This document shows positions 12,825 through 25,513 of a stretch of DNA of 64,000 nucleotides, in pieces. The DNA comes from Trichoplax adhaerens. Lineage: Eukaryota > Animalia > Placozoa. The notes below the pieces were generated by a model. The model did not search any database. It saw only the letters and a program-made list of their open reading frames with translations, and was not told where the DNA came from. The translations under genes and the position numbers were made by a program. The DNA lies in contig NW_002060949.1 in the NCBI RefSeq assembly GCF_000150275.1, forward strand, positions 3,478,449-3,542,448. The letters are read 5' to 3'. Positions within the stretch are counted from its first letter, which is position 1. Each line of letters starts with the position of its first letter.

Positions 12825-15800
12825 ATGCGTTTATGGTCAGTCTTTACCGTTACTATAGCATTTGGTGCAGCCTTCTTAATTCTACAGCTGGTATTATATA
12901 AGGAATTTTTATTCAAGGTAGGCCGTTGCTCTAATCGATGAATAGTTATGATGATATAATATTAGATGAATTTCTTCTAAATATTCACATGTGTATATTG
13001 GACTTGTAATGCACCTCAATGCCATTTCTAATTTTATAATTTCAAGACGTTTTCGGCTATTGAAACACAAGTATACTATAGTATAAGCATTCGTTTGTGC
13101 TGAATTTGTAGGAAATTAGAACGGCATTAGCTTTATTTCCATTATAGTACAATATATGCCTCAAGAAAATTTTTGCCTGTCCTGTTACGTGTATCAATCG
13201 ATATGCCTCGCTATCTTATCAAACTACTTAGTTTTATCCACTGCACAGTGCACATTGCTGAAATGGGCTTGATCCGATCATTGTCAATAATGATAACTCA
13301 GTTTCATTTGTCCAATTCGTCACTATATGCATATTAGCTCGTGAGTGCTCATGTAGTGCAAAGCTTTTTAAGAAAATTCATAGATGATGAACAATTCCTT
13401 ACATCTTCAATCAGTGTTTAGAACATAAATCCTGTTCTATAGTGAGTTTTTACTTTGACTGTATCTTCGTCGGATAATGCCATCGTGGCAAGATTACCCA
13501 ATGACGTGCTGCCATAACCTAGTACCGTAGACATCATGCCAGTGCTTGCTAGTAAAATTGACATTTTATATTACTTTAAGAGTACTCGTGTATCGCTAGG
13601 CTACTGTTATTGAAACAGTTATGCTAACATTAGTAATTGTCTGTTACAATGTATTATTGTTATATCGAATTAAATATCGCTCCTACTACAGAAATCAATT
13701 CCTGATTATGAATGGTACAATGGCGGCTCATATATACACGTAGTACTGTAAATGCATGTATTTTGATGGATAATCGAATCTCACTTACTGTATAGTAATT
13801 ATTTTCAGTGAACAATCTATTGTAGTGCTACAAATTGGCTTATTTTGCAACCTATTTTCTGTATCTGCGGTTTTACATTAGTTTCATTCTGGAAACATAA
13901 ATATAATGACACATGATATTAGATACATGAAATCGATAAGACACTGTAATTACCGATTGTAATTAAAAAAATCTCATTATTTATGCCTTACAACATGCAA
14001 AGTTAATAGATACACATTATTTTCAATATAGGAAAGGGTAAATTATCCACATTGTTATATATTCTTACCATATTCTTCATGCCTTTAACAAACCTATCAT
14101 TATTGACTTTTAGGTATATGATAACACAAGATTTTCTAATATGAACGATCAGCAACTATCAGAATTAAATTGGGTAAGATTCTTGAAATACGTTAGACAT
14201 TAGTAGGAACGCACATTTCATTGTTCTGAGTAGAAAATTTGGCATAGTTTAGTTTCATCACAAATAGCTGTCATACCATAGTGTACATCAGATATTATGC
14301 CGATTCATTTACTTCGTTGTCTAATACTAAATTGTTGGCTAACACAATTTGCATATTAGCATAATACGCAATAAAGGAAAGAATAGCACATTAGTCAAGT
14401 TTTTTGAATTTATCTTGTCAATTATAATTACTCTATGTTTTAATAGGAGAGCTACTGTTTAAAATGTAAATGTAGTAATCGAGTAGTAATCGCTTATCAA
14501 AAAACTTGTTGGAGATATCAAAATCTTTTGCATAGCTATGCCCTAGAAGTAGCAATGTGATTGATTAAATCATTGCAAAGGAAACCCATATCACTTGGTA
14601 TATGGGTAGATATCAGGTTATAGAAATCAAGTATCCAATATACACGTATTGGTATATTGTTCGGCTACTGCTCTGTTTGCGCTATTATACTTGTTCGCTA
14701 AGATAGCACTGATTAACCATTACCACGATCGTAATGTCGTTATAAGTTGCTTAGGTGTTTACTAATACACGTGTATCAATTCCTGTTGTACTTATTAGGA
14801 AAAGTTTAATATAGTTTTTCAAATTTTTGAAAAATTGGGAATGAAAATAATACTGATTGATAATCAAGCCTTACAAATGTGGCAAACTACAATCAATAAA
14901 GTTTCTATTGGCATGAAAAGTAATAAACGCTGTCCTGTACTATGTAATAGAAAAAGAACGGCTTTTGCTCTGATGGATAAGGATTGGGAAGCCAATAAAG
15001 TAAGAAATGCTTCAGTCGAGCTTATTTTTACTAATAGATTCGCACTACGTATTTATTCAGAAATACGTACAATGTTAATTTTGATCATTTTCAAAAATGA
15101 TTTTTAAATTTTACTGTTAGACCTTAAGTGAGAAGTTTTCTAATGAGGTAACAATAATATATTCATACAGATTAAAGTTTATAACGAACTATCTAAACGA
15201 AATATTCCATTTATTGTCGATTATGGAGATGATCCTCGCATTACGCATTGGTCTCTAATCGGTGATCAAATTGTTTATCATTTATGGCTTCGTTTACTTG
15301 ACCATAGCTTTGTACAAGTTGTAATTTTGTATAAGAGAGGTAGTGGTAATTATCATTGGTATGGTCCTGTCAAGAACCCTTCCATACTGTCTGGTTTCTC
15401 AAGAAATAGATCGGCTAACCAGTTTGGCGAATTTGAAGGTGTATATGACAAGTACGTTTCTCGCCGTAATAAAAATTCTCCCTTTGGAAAATTTAAGGAG
15501 CGGAACTTTTCTATGATAACTATGATGTCTGCAGGGCAATGTATTGATTCTATGCCGTACTTATGCACCACAGTACTTTAAAATTGACAAAACTTTTAAA
15601 TATTTAGGTTCTCTATTGTAGGAGTATCAATCGATGGGTTTAGAGTTCACATACCGATTAATATCAACGCATTTTTACGTCAATCGAGATCTCAGTACAC
15701 AATGTGTAATATGAGTAGAGCTATGATTTTTTTTCAAAATCATGGGAAAGACCTGTCACCCAAAGCCAAGAAGTTTTATGACTCGTCTAAAAAACTAATA

Positions 15801-16642
15801 ACTAAAGCGAAAAAAGTCTTAGATGATTTAATGATTCCATTTTGGATTAGTAGTGGAACATGCCTAGGTACATGCATATCGGATCTCTTTGCCAGTTCAT
15901 TATGTAAAGTTAGAGATTGTTTATAATGTTATTACCATAGTAGATGAATTGCTATGTTTTATGCTTACCTGTATCAGGTTGGTTTCGCCAATGTGGAATC
16001 ATTCCCTATAGCAACGACGTAGATATTGGCATTATGGCAGACGACTATAAACCAGTGCTCATTAACGCTATGAAAAGAAACGGTTTTTCCTTAAAATTTA
16101 TTTTTGGCAAAGTATGTTCTATACTATGTAACGTGCTATCTCATTTTATAAATATTGCGCACAGATGCCGTAACAACTATTTATATGTTTACTTAATACT
16201 CTTATTTCAGCTAAACGATAGCTATGAGTTATCGTTTATGTATGGAGAAATCAAGTTGGACATTTTCTTTTTTTATAAAGAGAAATCGTACTATTGGAAT
16301 GGAGGCACTCAAGCGAGAACTGGCCTTAAATTTAAGTGAGTAAATAGATTTTTTTGCAAATGCTCAATCATAAATTTGCAGTTTTAGATAATACCATGAC
16401 CTTACCTTGCTATGCTAATTTGGTTTAGATATATTTTCCCGAAATTTACCTTATGTTGGACAGAATTTCTTAATCTGATGATTCGTGTTCCTTGCGATAC
16501 GCAAGTATATCTGGAGGCCAACTATGGTATTAACTGGTTCACACCTATTAAAACATGGGACTGGAAAGAAAGCCCCCCTAATGTTATCAAGAATGGTCAA
16601 TGGGATCGTCATGAATGGTCAAAAGTAATACAACTATTTTAA
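12825..16642 (+). CDS. FKTN: Fukutin (ribitol-5-phosphate transferase, LicD family); exons 12825-12917, 14114-14173, 14799-14999, 15171-15451, 15608-15867, 15978-16111, 16211-16335, 16429-16642
   Basis: All junctions are GT-AG and phase-consistent. N-terminal signal anchor [26 protein letters not shown]. Fukutin motifs [28 protein letters not shown] (DxD), [35 protein letters not shown] and [10 protein letters not shown]. Confidence 0.95.
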
Positions 16643-16821
16643 TTAAATCTGGTTTGTAAGGACTTGTTAATGAATATATATCAACAATATACATGTTATG
16701 CAAATCGTCAGCTTTTTCTACGCTAATATAAGTAAGGACTCCATTTCCTACGGTATGATTTATTATGAATGTTAATTTTGTTGGTTACTTCTGGTGAAAT
16801 TTCAAATTATGACTATATTTA

Positions 16822-18785
16822 CTATCGATCTATGGTTTCATCCGTAGAATGACTCAGAATAGATGGATGACGAATTAAGGAATTAAATCTATTTGTTAAG
16901 TGCATTACAGTACTTTATCAAAATCTTAAGGAAACTTCCTGTATAAAAATTTTATCACACTTGCAATAGTTACGAGTCAATTTGGTTCTTGAAGATGTGA
17001 AAATCGCTACCTACACAATTATTGTGCGCAATAATTATTAGATAATGTAATACATGTACTGTACACGCAGACTGTATTCTGTAATCCCAGGTTTTTCGAT
17101 ACGATATTGTTCGAAAAACAAAATTTGTGTGCTTGACTCCGAACCTATTGTATCGTTTGTCACAACGAACTCAATCATGTAACGGTCTCGACCATCTTGT
17201 GCGGTAATATGGATACTAATGTTTTTAACTTGCGTAGCCTTAGTGTCGATGACTCTACCGTGGGTTGGAAAGCTAGCGTATCATGCTACATGATATTGAT
17301 AAATAAAAAATTTTAATAAGCAGTTAATCTGGGTTACCCGTTATACGAATTGAAGGATACATAAGTTATACTATTTGTTTTTCCAATATGAAATCCAAAC
17401 TTATATATTTTTGGTAGGGTAATTTACGAAAAAAGCACTGCTACAAATTAACACTTGACTAATGAAACATGTGTATCGCTTACGGGCGATCGATTTCGGT
17501 ACATCAACACTTGCAAATCCTACTTCAGATTTCTGCGTATGCAAACTTTGCAAAGTATCTGCCAGGCAGCGAGTTATCTACATTCATACTGCTATGTATC
17601 CACGACCAATTCATAATACTTTCAATTAAATTCATCAACCTGAACGGAAACAAGGCACCTAACCCTATCTCAACAACTTTGATAATAACCTATTTCAACA
17701 AAACTCGTCATTGACGCGCAAATGTATAATTGGCTGATACAAATTTATTTAACGTAATATCCAAAATTTACTTAGCAAACAAGCCGTAAATGTTCCGATC
17801 CGATATCTAGTTGTTAATTCAACCAAGAAAATAGCAAACAAAGTTATTTCAAGGTTATGATGCGTACGATAAAAATATCTGGTGTATAGCCCTACAGTAC
17901 ATAATTTAAGCTTGTTAATATGACATACCTAGCTTATTTTAAATAAAAATACAAAGTAATTCTATTTGCATCAAGTAACACTCGTAGTGAAAGCATAGAG
18001 TGTCATCAGAAGGCAAAATGATACGAACTTTGGCGTAAGCTTCTAATAAGCTTATATTTGTAAGCACAGATACGTAGTATTGGATACTACTATCTACTTT
18101 CTAAGTGTTGCATAAAGAGACATTCCAGTAAGAGCATTTCGTTATTTCCTCAGTAAATTTACTATATTATAAAATCAACGGTACTACTAGAATAGAATAA
18201 TCATTACGACCATTAGTTTATGTAGGCTAACTATAGCACATTAAGCAAAGGCTTTAAATAGCCTAAAGCCCCATTTGTAACAAGTTGTGAATATTGAAGA
18301 ACAGATTTTGTATAAGATAAACCGCATTGGAAGATGTAGAAGTATTTCTTTGCTGCCGTTGAACAATAAAATTTGAGATAGTAGCTTCTACAACAGTCAT
18401 AAATAACCAAATATCAATTGCGTTTAACAAAATTTATAAGAAATCAGCAAACAGCATATTCTTTTGTTCTTGCTATTTAACATCTTCCCAGATTTGGTGT
18501 CTGCTAAACGATTGATTAAATTTAAAGTTCTTTCATGAGGCATCGGTGTGGTAAAAACTGCTACTGTGTTAATCTAATAACCAATATACGCGTTGTCCAT
18601 GAAGCGTTAACAGTCGTACCAAGACACATTGCCGCTTGCTATAGTACATAGATGATAATTACGATATAGCATACTGATTCAGTAAACCGCACCTTTGAAT
18701 GATCAAGTTGTACGGAAATGTGCAACTCGACTATTAATGAATGATAAGGTATTAATACCAAGTTGTTATAAGAGGTGATTGTCAT
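16822..18785 (-). CDS. Candidate uncharacterised multi-exon gene; best-supported exons 17577-17484, 17399-17372, 17272-17060, 16888-16822; 5' exons (from a possible ATG at 18785) uncertain
   Basis: Four consecutive AG/GT-bounded, phase-compatible exons read ITRCLADTLQSLHTQKSEVGFASVDVPKSIALWISYWKNKYFPTHGRVIDTKATQVKNISIHITAQDGRDRYMIEFVVTND...SHSTDETIDR*. AATAAA lies ~60 nt after the stop (16764-16759). No family recognised. Confidence 0.45.
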
Positions 18786-19492
18786 AATTACCTTATTACA
18801 GTAACTATTATATTATCAATTGATAAAAATAATAATAATAAGTTAAATGGTTTCTTAAAGTGGATGCATAGTCGTTACCATGGTAGTAAATATTCATCCG
18901 TGTAGGTAGTTCCATTAGAAGAGAAGAAGAGTAATTTCAAGACATATTCTTTTGATACACCAGTAAATACAAATACGAGTATTGGTATTGCTATCCCGGA
19001 GAGTGCACGACAATGTTATTACTATTGATGAGCCATACAGTAGAGTAGAAAAGCTAAAAAAGCTAGCGATTCATGTTTATTGATATCAGCTTCATGAAAT
19101 CAATACGGGCGAATCTTTTTTTAAGACCAACAAATTCCCTTGGAATTCAATTGAAATTTTAAAATAAAACTTGAATATTACCATAGCGATCGCATTCACG
19201 GTATACTCTCATATCTGTAAATAACGCTATTTTAACCCAATCTAATACTATACTTTCAAATCGAACACAATCAATACACTTGCGCAAGTGGCAATCATGC
19301 AGCAATAATTGATAAGCACTCCATATTATTACACTTTTCAAGCTTGCAAAAGCTTTACAGTATGGCGCATTCACGGTTGCAAATATAAGCGACTTTAATC
19401 TCTAATTCTATCTTGCGATGCAGTAGGCTATTTACAGATCTGGGATGCAAATCAAGTCCATCCAGTACTGTACTTGATAGCAGCTATGCGAG

Positions 19493-20107
19493 TCACATAA
19501 CGTCGTCTTCGTTGCTGTCTTGATCACCGATTGAAAAGTTCCTACTTAGGCGTTCGTGATCGCCTGAGTTATTTGATAGACTAATCGAGGGTTCAACAGC
19601 ATCAAGTAGCACACTAGAATCCGACTCAAAGCCAAATTCTCTGGCTGCGATCTGCATCAAACTCAAAAGATTTTCTAGCATACCCTTGGTTTGCATCATT
19701 TCATTCAAGAGATCAGCTTTTGGTTTTAATTGATCGATTACACTGGCTTTCTCTTTGATTTGATTTTGTAATAAATCTGTCTGTTGCTTATAATTTTCGA
19801 GTTGCTCTTCCATGGTACAGTTTAACGAGTCTATCTTGTGTTTATAATTGCGAAGTTGCTCTTCCATCTTTTCATTTTCTGTTCGTAAGCTGTCAACCTT
19901 GCCTTCCTCCGATTTTAGCGAACTCTTGAGCAGCGACACCTGGATTTCGAAAGCAGCCTTATCTGATTGCCTACCTTTTTTTTCTTCTTCTAACTCTGCT
20001 TTGATGAGCTTATTTTCACTTTCCATTTCTGATAAATTTTTATACAACTGCTGTAGATGATCATTTGCTTCCTTAATTGATATTTTAGTTGGTGTAATTG
20101 CTGCCAT
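19493..20107 (-). CDS. VMAC: VMAC-like coiled-coil protein (204 aa, single coding exon)
   Basis: Long heptad-rich ORF. The N-terminal IKEANDHLQQLY and central IDQLKPKADLLNEM..LENLL resemble my recollection of vertebrate VMAC (IREANAHLAAVH; IRQLQPRAELLQDI). The ORF itself is secure; the name is less so. Confidence 0.75.
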   Translation of the reverse strand: MAAITPTKISIKEANDHLQQLYKNLSEMESENKLIKAELEEEKKGRQSDKAAFEIQVSLLKSSLKSEEGKVDSLRTENEKMEEQLRNYKHKIDSLNCTMEEQLENYKQQTDLLQNQIKEKASVIDQLKPKADLLNEMMQTKGMLENLLSLMQIAAREFGFESDSSVLLDAVEPSISLSNNSGDHERLSRNFSIGDQDSNEDDVM

Positions 20108-20394
20108 ATTGACCGTCTTTGGTTACTATTTTGATGACACTTTCCAATCAATTATCTTTCAATTTATAGTTCCAAATCTACTATTACTATCTTACATATA
20201 CCTTGAATCTGCTAGAGAAATTGGCTTCGTCTTGGTGTTATGATAACTACCTTACTCAAGAATGAATCAATTTTTGAAGGTTGGAAGAGTTTATGTAAAA
20301 GGCTAGAGCGCTACTACAGAATTATGGTGGATTATCAACTTGCCAGACTCGACAAGATGATATTTTTAGAAGCACGCCATACTGAATGGCAGAT

Positions 20395-21150
20395 CGTTGG
20401 AGTACAGTACTGTAGACTGTACACTGTAGACTGTACACTGTCAGTTCAGTCAGTAATGTGCGCATGCTCCTCTTCAGGTTGTGGTCAAAGTTAAGTTGCT
20501 GTTAACTGTATGCAGTGTACACTCACTGTACAGTACTGCAAAAGTTGATGACGAAAGCAGCCAAGACTACTGGTACAGTAGACCCTGGAGATTCAACTTG
20601 ACAACAGAAAGTTTTGTATAGTATGTACAGTACTGTACAGTACAATCTGATTATTTTCGAAGTCTCCTCTTCGTTAAAACCAAAGTTGTATTCCTTTGAA
20701 ATTTCTGTATAGTATTTATATGTACTGTACAGTATACCCATAGAAGGATATCTCCGAAGATAGATTATCATGAGAACATCAACGTACAGTACTGTACAGT
20801 ACAGTACAGTACAGTACAGTGTACAGTGTACACTACTGTATACTGTACACTGTACGGTATGTCCGTCAATAGCTCTTTCTTGATTGGAAGTCCCTACACG
20901 TGACCTCATTTCACCGCCACACATCAACCAAGTCATGATCCGATTATGTACTGTACAGTGTACAGTACTGTACTGTACTGTACGTACCTGTACAGTACTA
21001 CAGTATACAGTACAGTACTTAGACCTAAGTGTACAGTGTACAGTACTGTATGTATTGTCATGCACTGGAATACTATAGTACAGTATACTGTACGGTACTG
21101 TAGACACTAGACAGCCTGTAGACAGTGAACTATACTACTGTGCGTGCCCT
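20395..21150. promoter_or_regulatory. Divergent promoter region (VMAC-like/PABP) packed with CAGTA/TACTG/CTGTACAG motifs
   Basis: Dozens of TACAGT/ACTGTA copies in both orientations, including (CAGTA)n at ~20797-20820 and an E-box CACGTG at 20897. The region lies between two head-to-head genes. Confidence 0.65.
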
Positions 21151-21165
21151 ACTGTGAATGTTCTG

Positions 21166-21215
21166 TATAAAAGAGCACATGCTCATCTCCAATCGATCCA
21201 TTTTTCTTTCACCTT
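21166..21215 (+). promoter_or_regulatory. PABP core promoter: TATA box plus pyrimidine-rich initiator
   Basis: TATAAAAG at 21166-21173, followed ~30 nt later by tccatttttctttc. Confidence 0.55.
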
Positions 21216-21252
21216 GTCATTAAGACACTGGTAGTATCCTTTTACCATACTT

Positions 21253-21320
21253 AAAAAAAATAAAAATTCCAAAAAAATTTGAAAAACTCTTTTAAAAACT
21301 CCCAAAAAACTTAGAAAAAA
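21253..21320 (+). promoter_or_regulatory. A-rich tract in the PABP 5' UTR (putative autoregulatory sequence)
   Basis: Seven A-runs of 5-8 nt separated by short, mostly pyrimidine linkers. The tract lies upstream of a 5' UTR intron (21423-21566, gtaagg...tttcag). Confidence 0.7.
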
Positions 21321-21598
21321 TTGTGTACTACCCTATAGCAAATCCATTTAACAGCAACATAACAAGAAAATACTCCTAGAAAGCGTTATAACGGCCTCTG
21401 GTTCTCTAATTTTTTTTTGTTGGTAAGGGCGCTAAAAAACACATATACTCTACTGTACTTTTGACACCTTGGAATGTTTGGTAGAAGGCCACGCTGTAGT
21501 GCACTTTGACCGACTTTTTGGATTACTTTTCACTAATTGGATTGCAATTTTGATTACAATTTTCAGAAGGAAACTATCATTAAAGAAAGTGAAGAAAA

Positions 21599-24528
<2,930 letters not shown>

Positions 24529-25513
24529 TCGAATAAATACTGTATGACGGTTGTAACAATCTCTAGGTGATATATGTTCTGCAATGTTGTGTGAACTTTG
24601 CGATGCGATCTTATTGTAAAGTGGTTAATCGATTTGCTAATTAATGTCACAGTTTTAAGGGTTATACTTATAGCTCAATGGAACCAATAAAAGGATACTT
24701 TAAGAAAAACATGCATTCTTTCCTTTCATTAATAAGTATGAACTGTAGGAATCCGATTAAAACGATTTAAATTCGCTATCCCAAACAGGGATTACTAAAT
24801 ATAATTTAGAAATTCTTGCCCAAAACATGTATGAAAACGACCGGATTGAGTGAAAGTTGATTGCTATAGTACTGTACATGTTTGTTGTGGTTCGATGCTC
24901 TACGATGGTACATAATTATTACAGTAATAGCATTCGTAAGGACAGAAATATCTCGAACATGAAAAACTAATGTATGCGTGTTGAGGTAAATTAGCAGTAA
25001 CTGACCATGTCATCTGTTTACGGTTATAATTCACTTAATTTAGTTCGTGTTTGAGTCTACAAGTTTACGTTTAATATTCTACTTTACGCGTAAATATTCT
25101 AACTTCGAAAATCATGACTATCATGCATTTCAAAATCATAAAAATACTTTTTTATTTATAGTCACCTAGTTGCTACTTATACTTATCATGCACTATACAA
25201 ATTTGAAAATTACCCATATTCAGTCATTAAAATAGAGATTCGCATAGGTTTCATAATATTAAAATTGTAGGCATTTTGCTGAGTAACAGTAATGAGAATA
25301 TAAGCGATGTTAATCATAGAGGAGGTCTCCTGAGCGTATTCCTTTTGTAATATTTAAATAACAACCAATTGCAGTATAAGTACAGTTGCACTAATTGTGC
25401 ATCATTCCCTCTATACACAGTACAGTATGTACTGTATTATATAGTACGAGTACTAATGTGTACAAATTCAACAATACCATACGATCCAGTAATTATTTAT
25501 TATTATTGATCAT

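Noticed and set aside
17640-17689. Possible selenocysteine (TGT TGA, 'CU') in one exon parse of the candidate gene
   Set aside because: An alternative acceptor 25 nt downstream avoids the TGA, and I found no SECIS-like ATGA/AA/GA hairpin in the 3' region.
20523-21107. 194-aa and 64-aa ORFs rich in TVQYS/CTVLY
   Set aside because: Translation of the CAGTA/TACTG motif cluster, which is poor in stop codons.
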